From assembly GCA_024401025.1 (NCBI GenBank), contig JAKSLV010000004.1, positions 23-64,022 of the forward strand: 64,000 nt of DNA, read 5' to 3'. Made by a program: the position numbers and the translations under genes. This document shows, piece by piece, positions 30,051-38,228 of the stretch (position 1 is its first letter; each line of letters starts with the position of its first letter). The notes under the pieces were generated by a model. It had not been told where the DNA came from, did no database searches, and saw only the letters and a list, made by a program, of their open reading frames with translations. Source of the DNA: Bacteroidales bacterium. GTDB lineage: Bacteria > Bacteroidota > Bacteroidia > Bacteroidales > UBA3824.

Positions 30051-32186
30051 CTATACTCGGCTCATCTTATCCTGGAGAGCCTCGTTGTCGCCCTTAAGCT
30101 CCAAAACCTTGGATTCAAGCTCGGCAATCTTCTCGTATTCGGCTGTAAAGTCTTTGGCTACAACGCAAATCTTCAGGAGCACGTTGTACTCGTCGCGGAT
30201 TGGGGTGAAAGTCTCGTTTAGCCAGAACACCTTGCCGTTGAAAGCGTATCTTGAAACGGCAGAATATATAAGGCCGTCGGCCAGACGCTTCATGCCGTCG
30301 TTGAAAGCCTTTATGTCGTCGTCCTGAGTCATGAACGAGCGCAGGTCGTGGTTTTCCAGCTCTATGAAAGGCATGTTGATGATCTGGAGCATGCGTGGAT
30401 TCATCAATGAGTACAATCCAAGAGCATCCAGCTCGTAATATCCTACCGAGTTGTTCACCACAAACTGGTTAGACATCAGCTCGTCCTTAAGCTTCTCGTT
30501 GCTCTCGTTCAGCTTCTGGATAACCGACTGATTGGTCTCGGCCTGGTTTTCGAAATCGTCGTGGAGTTTCTGATACCTTACACTCTCGCGCTTGTTGATA
30601 TCCTCCAGATTCTCAATCTTGGTCTTCAGGCTCTCGATAATCTTATGAACCTCGCTCTCCTGCTGTGCAAGACGCTCGGTTTTCTGGTTGGATTCCTCAA
30701 GGAGTCGCTGGGTGTTCATATTGATCTTCACGTTTGCTATGGTAGAGGCAATGGTCTCGCCTATCTTCTCGATAAACTCCACCTGATACTTCTCTATCAC
30801 CTGGAAAGATGCCAGCTCCACAATACCGTATGTCTCGCCGTTCACCTTTAGAGGCACAATCACAAGACATGTAGGATCGGCCTCGCCAAGACCCGAGCTA
30901 ATATGTACATATCCCTTTGGAATATCTGTCATGAATACGGTCTCGTTCTCGCGGAAACACTGTCCCACAAGGTTCTCGCCTATCTCGATGCGCTGTTTTA
31001 CGTACTTGAGGCGGTCGTATGCGTAGAAAGCGGTAAGCTCCAGATGTATGTCGTTCTCGTCGGAATCGTCAAGAATGTAGATACCACCCATGTTGGCGTC
31101 CAGATATCTTACCAGACGCTCGATAACCTTGTTGGAAAGCAGCTGCATATCGTCGCCGGCGTTGCGGAGCACCTCGTTGAACTCGGCAAGACCCTGAGCC
31201 TGCCAGTTGCGCTGCGAGTTCTCCTCCTTACGCTGCTCGGCTTCCTTGTCGGCCTTTATAAGGTTGTCGCGCATCACAAGCAGAGAGTTGGCCAGGATGT
31301 CGCGCTTGCTCTGTGGACGGAATTCCGATGCAAAATCACCCTCTCCGATCTTTATCGCAAACTGCGATGTTTCCTTAAGGTTGGATACCAGATTGTTCAA
31401 TGTGGACGAAATCTCGCCAATCTCGTCGTTGCCCTTTACATCTATCGCCGGAAGACCTCCGTCGGCCATATCCTTGATGCGGTCCTTAACATAGTTGAGC
31501 CGGCTGATGGAATGGTTCAACATCAGCATTATCACTATCACGAAGGCAATACAGCCCAGGATGATGTACACAAGCATTCTGTCGGAATCCTCGAAACCCT
31601 CCTGCATTGCCAGAATCTGCTGCTCCTCTTCCTGGGCTAGCGATTCTGTAAGCTTGGTGGCAAGCATCAGGGCATTCTTGTAGCACTGATATATGTCGCC
31701 ATCCACAATGCTGAACTTGCGGTACGAGAAACTGGTTACGTCCTTGAATCTGTCGATATTGTCGAGCTCCTCCAGGAAATCCTCCTGCATTGGCCTCAGG
31801 GTGTCCATGAGGTTGCAGAGGCTGAAGAGCAGGTCGTAGTTTTCCTTTTTCCATTTCTCCTTCTTGCACTTGTTGTATAGCACGTCCTGCACTCTCTTGT
31901 ACTCGGTATCCTTCAGCCAGCGGATCTGACCGCTGAGCTTGGTGTCGGTAGGGTCGCCCTTCAGGGCATAGAGAGTAAGAAGATACTGAGACTCAACAAT
32001 AATGTCCTTAAATTTCTCGGAGTATACCATCGAAGGGAATTCCTTCTCGATATTATCCGTAACATTGTCGCGGATAGCTTTCTGACTGCGGTCGAAACCC
32101 ATATACATCAGAAAAAACAGCACGCCCAAAAGCAAAAAGGCGAGCATCATCTTCAGTTTTAGCGAGAATCGGAAGTTGTATTTCAT
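30051..32186 (-). CDS. membrane sensor protein: TM - extracytoplasmic region - TM - HAMP - GAF - coiled coil - PAS-like, with no recognisable output domain
   Basis: HAMP: DRIKDMADGGLPAIDVKGNDEIGEISSTLNNLVSNL. GAF: LVRYLDANMGGIYILDD...VPLKVNGETYGIVELASF. C-terminal PAS-like: FNGKVFWLNETFTPIRDEYNVLLKICVVAKDFT. Confidence 0.7.
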   Translation of the reverse strand: MKYNFRFSLKLKMMLAFLLLGVLFFLMYMGFDRSQKAIRDNVTDNIEKEFPSMVYSEKFKDIIVESQYLLTLYALKGDPTDTKLSGQIRWLKDTEYKRVQDVLYNKCKKEKWKKENYDLLFSLCNLMDTLRPMQEDFLEELDNIDRFKDVTSFSYRKFSIVDGDIYQCYKNALMLATKLTESLAQEEEQQILAMQEGFEDSDRMLVYIILGCIAFVIVIMLMLNHSISRLNYVKDRIKDMADGGLPAIDVKGNDEIGEISSTLNNLVSNLKETSQFAIKIGEGDFASEFRPQSKRDILANSLLVMRDNLIKADKEAEQRKEENSQRNWQAQGLAEFNEVLRNAGDDMQLLSNKVIERLVRYLDANMGGIYILDDSDENDIHLELTAFYAYDRLKYVKQRIEIGENLVGQCFRENETVFMTDIPKGYVHISSGLGEADPTCLVIVPLKVNGETYGIVELASFQVIEKYQVEFIEKIGETIASTIANVKINMNTQRLLEESNQKTERLAQQESEVHKIIESLKTKIENLEDINKRESVRYQKLHDDFENQAETNQSVIQKLNESNEKLKDELMSNQFVVNNSVGYYELDALGLYSLMNPRMLQIINMPFIELENHDLRSFMTQDDDIKAFNDGMKRLADGLIYSAVSRYAFNGKVFWLNETFTPIRDEYNVLLKICVVAKDFTAEYEKIAELESKVLELKGDNEALQDKMSRV

Positions 32187-32307
32187 ACCGTATTTACATT
32201 AAATTCTTGACAATCAAACACTTTGCTCCGCCAACAAAAGTCCGCGGAAATTCTGCATAAAGTTAAGCAACAAATACGCCAAATGCAAATAAAAATTGAA
32301 AAATTTT

Positions 32308-33315
32308 TCAATGCATCAGTTTAAAAACCAGCTCCTGCAACAGAGCGCCGGCATCTGTGGATGCGTTGCCCACGCCCTTGCTCCTAAGGTCGTATTCCCT
32401 CAGCAGCGATATGGCCTGCATACATTTGGGCAGCGTAATCCTTCTGGACGCCTCGTCATAATCGCGCAGGAAATACGGCGAGCATCCCATGGCCGAGGCC
32501 TTGGTGCTGGCGTCGGAGCTCTTGTATTGCCAGTATATCAGCATCTTGGAATAGAAACCGTAGAGCGATGTAATGGTAAGCACCAGCGGATTGTCTTTCT
32601 GATTCTTGGCAAAATGGTCCACTATGCGCGCGGCCTTGGCCACATCGCCCCGGCAGATCACGTTTTGCAGCTCAAAGTTGTTGTAGTCCTTGGAGATGCC
32701 GATGTTTTTCTCTATGGCCTCGGGCGTTATGGGCGCGCCCTTGGGCAGGGTTATGGCCAGCTTGTCCAGCTCGTTGGAAATCTTGCTGAGGTCGGTGCCC
32801 AGATACTCGGTAAGCAGCCTTGTGGCGCGGGGATCGCACTGCAGGCCCATCTGCTTGGCATACTGCTCTATCCATCCGGGAATCTTGTTCTCGTACAGCT
32901 TGGTGGATGTAAACAGCACGCCGGATTTCTCTATCTGCGATGCCAGTTTCTTGCGCTTGTCCAGAGTCTTGTACTTGTGGGCCAGCACCAGTATGGTGGA
33001 TTTCTGAGGCTTCTGCACATAGTACACCAGGTCCTCGATCTTCTTGAGTTCCTGGGCCTCCTTTACAATAACCACCTGATACTGCGCCATTGCCGGAAAC
33101 CTCCTGGCCAGCGAGTCCAGGTTTCTGATGTCGAGGTCCTTGCCATATACCACCGTCTGGTTGAAAACCTTCTGGTCGTCGGTAAGCACGTTGTTTTCTA
33201 TGTAGCTGGTAATCTTGTCGATATAGAAAGGCTCGTCGCCCTGCAGCAGGTATACGCTGGCGTATTTTCCCGCCTTGAGGTCGGCCATTATCGAATCATA
33301 AGTAGGGGCTGCCAT
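32308..33315 (-). CDS. holA: DNA polymerase III subunit delta
   Basis: YLLQGDEPFYIDK N-terminus. 335 aa, HolA-like. Confidence 0.8.
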   Translation of the reverse strand: MAAPTYDSIMADLKAGKYASVYLLQGDEPFYIDKITSYIENNVLTDDQKVFNQTVVYGKDLDIRNLDSLARRFPAMAQYQVVIVKEAQELKKIEDLVYYVQKPQKSTILVLAHKYKTLDKRKKLASQIEKSGVLFTSTKLYENKIPGWIEQYAKQMGLQCDPRATRLLTEYLGTDLSKISNELDKLAITLPKGAPITPEAIEKNIGISKDYNNFELQNVICRGDVAKAARIVDHFAKNQKDNPLVLTITSLYGFYSKMLIYWQYKSSDASTKASAMGCSPYFLRDYDEASRRITLPKCMQAISLLREYDLRSKGVGNASTDAGALLQELVFKLMH

Positions 33316-33352
33316 TGGTAAAGTGGAAAGCTTAGAGTTTAAAGTTTAAAGT

Positions 33353-34135
33353 TTAATCCTCCTCATCAAACCTCAGGTGCTTGATGCTGCGGCAGTTGTT
33401 CTTTATCTCGTTCAGCGAGCAGATGCCCATCTCCAGATGGTCCTGCACATAGTTTTTGGTGACGCTGGAATCGCTCTCGCGTGTCTTCACCCCTGATGCC
33501 ACCATGGGCTGATCGCTCACCAGCAGCATGGCTCCGCAGGGTATGCGGTTGTGGAATGCCACGGTAAAGAGCGTGGCGGTCTCCATGTCGACAGCCATAG
33601 TGCGTATCTTCCTCAGGTAGTTCTTGAAATCCTCGTCCCACTCCCACACCCGGCGGTTGGTGGTGTACACGGTGCCGGTCCAGTAGTCGTGTCCGGCATC
33701 TCGCGCGGCGGTGGATGCGGCCCTCAGCAGGCTGAAGGCAGGCAGCGCAGGCACCTCGGCCGGCATATACTCGTTGGATGTGCCCTCGCCGCGTATGGCG
33801 GCTATGGGGATAATGATGTCGCCCAGCTTGTTCACCTTCTTAAGGCCGCCGCACTTGCCCAGGAAGAGCACAGCCTCAGGCTCTATGGCCATCAGGAGGT
33901 CCATGATGGTGGCGGCGTTGGGGCTGCCCATGCCGAAGTTTATCAGCGTGATGCCCCCGGCCGATACGCTGGGCATGGATTTGTCCAGACCCATTATGGG
34001 CGCGTCGTATTTTTTGGCAAACAGCTCCAGATAGTTCTGGAAATTGGTGAGCAATATATATTTGTCGAACTGGTGGAGCTCCCTTCCGGTGTAGCGTGGC
34101 AGCCAGTTGTTTACGATTTCTTCCTTGGTTTTCAT
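33353..34135 (-). CDS. AMP nucleosidase-like (PNP_UDP_1 fold, short form)
   Basis: INFGMGSPNAATIMDLL, FLGKCGGL, AVDMETATL. Aligns by eye with the catalytic C-domain of E. coli Amn. Confidence 0.7.
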   Translation of the reverse strand: MKTKEEIVNNWLPRYTGRELHQFDKYILLTNFQNYLELFAKKYDAPIMGLDKSMPSVSAGGITLINFGMGSPNAATIMDLLMAIEPEAVLFLGKCGGLKKVNKLGDIIIPIAAIRGEGTSNEYMPAEVPALPAFSLLRAASTAARDAGHDYWTGTVYTTNRRVWEWDEDFKNYLRKIRTMAVDMETATLFTVAFHNRIPCGAMLLVSDQPMVASGVKTRESDSSVTKNYVQDHLEMGICSLNEIKNNCRSIKHLRFDEED

Positions 34136-34259
34136 TGCGGTAATGGTTTTATTTGTTACTTTTGCAGCGGGCTGATGCTGCTCATAGAGGCAGTATCAGC
34201 CCCAAAAATAATAAAAAAAAACATACAGCCTAATACTACAGGCAAAAAAAATATCGCAG

Positions 34260-34742
34260 ATGGAGAAACTTAACCTGCCCGACTTCCAGCTAAGCATCAG
34301 GCAAGACGGCACCCACACCTACATATTCGACATCATAAGGAAGAAATACCTTGTGCTTACTCCGGAGGAATGGGTGAGGCAGAATTTTGTGCACTACCTG
34401 GCCGAGTGTCTGGGGTATCCGCCATCGCTGATGATGACAGAGAACGGCATGAAGCTCTACAACACCCAGAAACGCAGCGACATAGTAATCTACAGCCGCA
34501 ACGCCAAGCCGCTGTGCGTGGTGGAATGCAAGGCCACCGACATCAGGATATCGCAGGAGACCTTCAACCAGGTGGCCAGATACAACATCAACTTCAGGGC
34601 CCCGGTGATAATGGTTACCAACGGCATCAGCCACTACAGCGCACGCTACCACATTGCCGAAAACCGCTACGAGTTTCTGCATGAGATACCCACATACCAA
34701 CAGATACTAGAATACGATGAAAACGATACAACAGATAAATAA
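34260..34742 (+). CDS. HsdR N-terminal (PD-(D/E)xK nuclease-like) domain protein
   Basis: EEWVRQNFVHYL...RSDIVIYSRNAKPLCVVECKA core. 160 aa. Confidence 0.7.
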   Translation: MEKLNLPDFQLSIRQDGTHTYIFDIIRKKYLVLTPEEWVRQNFVHYLAECLGYPPSLMMTENGMKLYNTQKRSDIVIYSRNAKPLCVVECKATDIRISQETFNQVARYNINFRAPVIMVTNGISHYSARYHIAENRYEFLHEIPTYQQILEYDENDTTDK

Positions 34743-36654
34743 CGAGCTCATGAAGCTGATGCCGCTGATAGAGGCCGAGCGCAAGGCCGAGATCGACGAG
34801 TATGCCGAGAAGGTGAACACCCAGCCCCTGTCGGAGCAGAGGAAGATGGGCTTCTGCCGCTATCCCCTAAGGGTGAGCAACCAGCTCTTCAACCGTGGCG
34901 AGCACCTCATGATTGTGCTTCAGCAGGAGGGCGGCCCCGACGACCTGCCCAAAAACACGGGCCTCTTCAAGTCCGGACAGACCATAAAGCTGTTCCAGAA
35001 AGACGGCGACCCCGAGGAGTGCGCCACCGGTGTAATCAACAACAGCGACAAGGACCAGCTTACCGTAACCCTGAACACCGACTGCATGAAAGACTGGATG
35101 CTGGGACGCGGGCTGTGCGCCCAGCTGGTGTTCGACCCCTCCACCTACCGCGAGATGGAGAAGGCCGTAAGCCGCATGGCCGAAACCACCGACCCCGACA
35201 TGATAAAGCTGAAGCTGGCACTATACGGCGGAGCCGCGCCCGAGTTTGTGGAAGACACACCTTTTATAAGTGACACCCGGCTAAACGCCAGCCAGAACGA
35301 GGCCCTGAGGCTGATAAACTCGGCTCAGGACGTGGCGGTGGTGCACGGACCTCCCGGCACGGGCAAAACCACAACCCTGGTAAGGGCCATAATAATGACC
35401 CTGAGAACCGAGAAACGAGTGCTGGTGTGCGCCCCGTCGAACGCCGCCGCCGACCTCATAACCGAGAAACTGGCCAACCTGTACATAAACGTGGTGCGCA
35501 TAGGACAGCCCGCCAGGATAGACGACGTGGTGCTATCCAACACCCTGGACTACAAGATAGCCGCCCACCCCAACTACAAGGACATCAAGAAGATGCGCCG
35601 CAAGGCCGACGAGTATCACCGCATGGCCGGCAAGTACAAGCGAAACTACACCGACAAGGAACGCCGCGAGAAACAGGAATACTACCGCGAGGCCAAGGCC
35701 CTGAGCGAGGAGGCCGACAATCTGGCCTACTACATCAGCAACGACATCGTAAGCAACGCCCAGGTGATAACATGCACCCTGGTGGGATCCACCTACAGGG
35801 AGATAAGCGACCTGATGTTCCGCACCGTATTCATCGACGAGGCGGCGCAGGCCCTGGAGCCGGCGTGCCTGATACCGATACTTAAGGGCGCAAGGGTGGT
35901 GTTTGCCGGCGACCACTGCCAGCTGCCGCCCACCGTGAAAACGCGCGAGGCCATCAGCGGCGGCCTCAGGAACACCCTGTTCGAGAAGGTGATAGCCAGG
36001 CCGGGTGTATCAGTGATGCTGAGCGAGCAATACAGGATGAACGAGATGATAATGCAGTTCAGCAACCAGCAGTTCTACAACTCGCAGCTTACGGCCAACG
36101 CGGCATGCGCCAAGGCCACCATCTTCGGCGGCGACAATGCCATGGAGTTCATCGACCTGGCCGGAATGGGTTTCAGCGAGAAAACCGAGCCCAAAACCAT
36201 GAGCACCTACAACGACGAGGAGGCCGAGATTCTGGTGCAGTATCTGAAAAGCTATCTGGAGATTGTGGAAGACCAGGGCAAGATGCACACGATATCAGGA
36301 ATAGGAATAATATCGCCATACAAGGCCCAGGCCGACACCATAGCCCGGCGCATGAAAAAATGCGGCATGCCCGACTACGTGAGGGCGCTTACGACGATAG
36401 ACACCGCCGACTCGTTCCAAGGCCGCGAGAAAGACATCATCGTAATCTCCATGACCCGGTGCAACCAGAAGGGCGAGATAGGATTCCTGAACGACCACCG
36501 GCGCATGAACGTGGCCATGACCCGTGCCAAGCGCAAGCTGATAATCTTCGGCGACAGCGCCACGATATCGCACTCCAAGTTTTATGAGGATTTCGTGAAG
36601 TTTTGCGAATACAACAACTGCTACAAATCGGCGTTCGAGATTATAGAATATTAG
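34717..36654 (+). CDS. SF1 helicase, DNA2/Upf1/IGHMBP2-like AAA domain protein
   Basis: Walker A GPPGTGKTTT, DEAAQ, GDHCQLPP, NVAMTRAKRKL. The ATG at 34717 overlaps the upstream gene by 26 nt. An alternative ATG lies at 34750. Confidence 0.85.
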   Translation: MKTIQQINNELMKLMPLIEAERKAEIDEYAEKVNTQPLSEQRKMGFCRYPLRVSNQLFNRGEHLMIVLQQEGGPDDLPKNTGLFKSGQTIKLFQKDGDPEECATGVINNSDKDQLTVTLNTDCMKDWMLGRGLCAQLVFDPSTYREMEKAVSRMAETTDPDMIKLKLALYGGAAPEFVEDTPFISDTRLNASQNEALRLINSAQDVAVVHGPPGTGKTTTLVRAIIMTLRTEKRVLVCAPSNAAADLITEKLANLYINVVRIGQPARIDDVVLSNTLDYKIAAHPNYKDIKKMRRKADEYHRMAGKYKRNYTDKERREKQEYYREAKALSEEADNLAYYISNDIVSNAQVITCTLVGSTYREISDLMFRTVFIDEAAQALEPACLIPILKGARVVFAGDHCQLPPTVKTREAISGGLRNTLFEKVIARPGVSVMLSEQYRMNEMIMQFSNQQFYNSQLTANAACAKATIFGGDNAMEFIDLAGMGFSEKTEPKTMSTYNDEEAEILVQYLKSYLEIVEDQGKMHTISGIGIISPYKAQADTIARRMKKCGMPDYVRALTTIDTADSFQGREKDIIVISMTRCNQKGEIGFLNDHRRMNVAMTRAKRKLIIFGDSATISHSKFYEDFVKFCEYNNCYKSAFEIIEY

Positions 36655-36750
36655 GCAGCAGGAGTTTCCACGCAAAATCTATCAGTTTCAACATTAATCT
36701 GTCTAAAAAAAAAATTCCACCTATGGTGTGATTTTGTCAGATATTAATGC

Positions 36751-36758
36751 TATCTTTG
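36751..36758 (+). promoter_or_regulatory. candidate Bacteroidota -7 promoter box (TAnnTTTG)
   Basis: tatctttg matches TAnnTTTG, with a TTTG about 14 nt upstream. Lies about 150 nt before the zincin lipoprotein ATG. Confidence 0.3.
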
Positions 36759-36828
36759 CCATGCCATAAACAGGGTTGCCTGAGGCTTATCGCACCGCTG
36801 ATACAGGCATAATCCATGGCATGGCAAA
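36755..36828 (+). promoter_or_regulatory. 13-bp perfect inverted repeat in the leader of the zincin lipoprotein gene
   Basis: tttgccatgccat (36755-36767) pairs with atggcatggcaaa (36816-36828). The spacer is 48 nt. Confidence 0.35.
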
Positions 36829-36904
36829 ATCCTTTATAAATTATTATATACCAGGATTATACAATCAACTTGAATCAAAAAAAAACGGTGCTGAATCATA
36901 CATT

Positions 36905-38158
36905 ATGAAAAAAATCCTTACTTACGGATTGCTTGGACTTTTTGCAGTCATAAGCGGATGCTCGGGCTCTGGATCCGGCACATCTACCCAAAACTCTCCC
37001 AAGATTATCGACATGACTAAGACCAAGGGAAATGTCACCATGAAGAGAGTGTCCAAAAGATCCATTTCTAATGCCGACCTCAGGGAATTTACCCAAGGCG
37101 ACGAATCAGCTGACAATTTCGGCCAGGGAAACGACACACGAAACATAGGCTCGTGCAAGAAACTGGAAGGCAACATCTGTGTAATAAAACTCTTCATAGA
37201 GATTGCCGGCAGCCGCTGGACCACCGAAGACATCACCGCATACAACAACCGTATCCAGAAGGCCGAGAACTGGATTGTAAACCAGGCAAAACGCTTCAAC
37301 AAGGATGTACAATTCACCAACGTACAGCTCTACCAGAACAACCCATACAAGCTTGACGGAATGCCATCCGAGGAAGAATGGGAATACACAATGGTGGATA
37401 TCCTGAAAAACTCAGGCTACGACCATCCCAAAGACCTGGTGGCAAAGTGCAAGCAGCAGGGTTTCGACGGATGCCTGCTCATGATGATAAACAGCGGCGC
37501 AGGAAGGTCATGGTGCATGAACGTATCCAAATCGTACCTGAACGAGATGGAGATGACCTCTCCGCTTGAGTTCGTGAACCTCCACCGCCTGGACGACGGC
37601 GACATGAAGATGGAGCGCAGCGGAACCATAGCCCACGAGATTCTCCACACATTCGGTGCATGGGATATGTACGATGTTACCGACCAGGAAAACTCGCAAC
37701 TGGCCCAAGCCCTCAACAAGAACTTCCCAAATTCCATAATGCGCGATTCATACATGGACCTCAACCAGCTGGAGATCGACTGGGTGAACCAGTACATCGT
37801 GGGACTCACCGACGAGTACGATCCTGAGATTGCGCAGTGGGAACAGACCCGCGAGAACGGTACCGAGACCATGGACTACGACGACGAGTACATGGAGTAC
37901 GACGACTACGACTACTACAGCGAGGACGAGTACTACGACTACGACTACGACGACTGGGGCGACGGCTACAACGAGGACGACTATTACGACGACGACGAAT
38001 ACTACGACGACGATGACTATTACGACGATGATGACGACGACTATTACGACGACGACGAGTATTACGACGATGATGAATACTACGACGATGACGACGACTA
38101 TTACGACGACGGAAACAGCTGCAATAGCCGCAGCCGCCGCGGCGGACACCGCCGATAG
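36905..38158 (+). CDS. lipoprotein with zincin (HExxH) metalloprotease motif and extreme Asp/Tyr-rich C-terminal tail
   Basis: Lipobox MKKILTYGLLGLFAVISGC at ATG 36905 (residue 44 of the track ORF). HEILHTFGAWDMYD. The last ~95 aa are D/Y/E low complexity and end SRSRRGGHRR. Confidence 0.65.
   Translation: MKKILTYGLLGLFAVISGCSGSGSGTSTQNSPKIIDMTKTKGNVTMKRVSKRSISNADLREFTQGDESADNFGQGNDTRNIGSCKKLEGNICVIKLFIEIAGSRWTTEDITAYNNRIQKAENWIVNQAKRFNKDVQFTNVQLYQNNPYKLDGMPSEEEWEYTMVDILKNSGYDHPKDLVAKCKQQGFDGCLLMMINSGAGRSWCMNVSKSYLNEMEMTSPLEFVNLHRLDDGDMKMERSGTIAHEILHTFGAWDMYDVTDQENSQLAQALNKNFPNSIMRDSYMDLNQLEIDWVNQYIVGLTDEYDPEIAQWEQTRENGTETMDYDDEYMEYDDYDYYSEDEYYDYDYDDWGDGYNEDDYYDDDEYYDDDDYYDDDDDDYYDDDEYYDDDEYYDDDDDYYDDGNSCNSRSRRGGHRR
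37871..38110 (+). repeat. coding low-complexity repeat (GAC/TAC-rich) encoding the 80-aa Asp/Tyr/Glu tail
   Basis: MDYDDEYMEYDDYDYYSEDEYYDYDYDDWGDGYNEDDYYDDDEYYDDDDYYDDDDDDYYDDDEYYDDDEYYDDDDDYYDD. By hand count this is about 40 D, 25 Y and 8 E out of 80. Confidence 0.9.
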
Positions 38159-38228
38159 ATACCTGCTAGCCAACAAAATACAATATACTTGATAATTGAT
38201 TTATAAACCATAACTAACAACCCAGAAT

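Noticed and set aside
34260-36654. HsdR-N-domain protein plus SF1 helicase as a restriction or defence system.
   Set aside because: No methyltransferase, specificity subunit or other defence genes are present. The small HsdR_N-domain protein next to holA and a DNA2/Upf1-like helicase looks like conserved core-genome context. I cannot exclude a defence role without a search.
37748-38192. Poly-Val/Ile ORF (- strand, 37748..38176) and poly-Thr ORF (+ strand, 37830..38192).
   Set aside because: They are alternative-frame readings of the GAC/TAC repeat that encodes the D/Y tail. The D/Y frame is continuous with the upstream lipoprotein/zincin reading frame.
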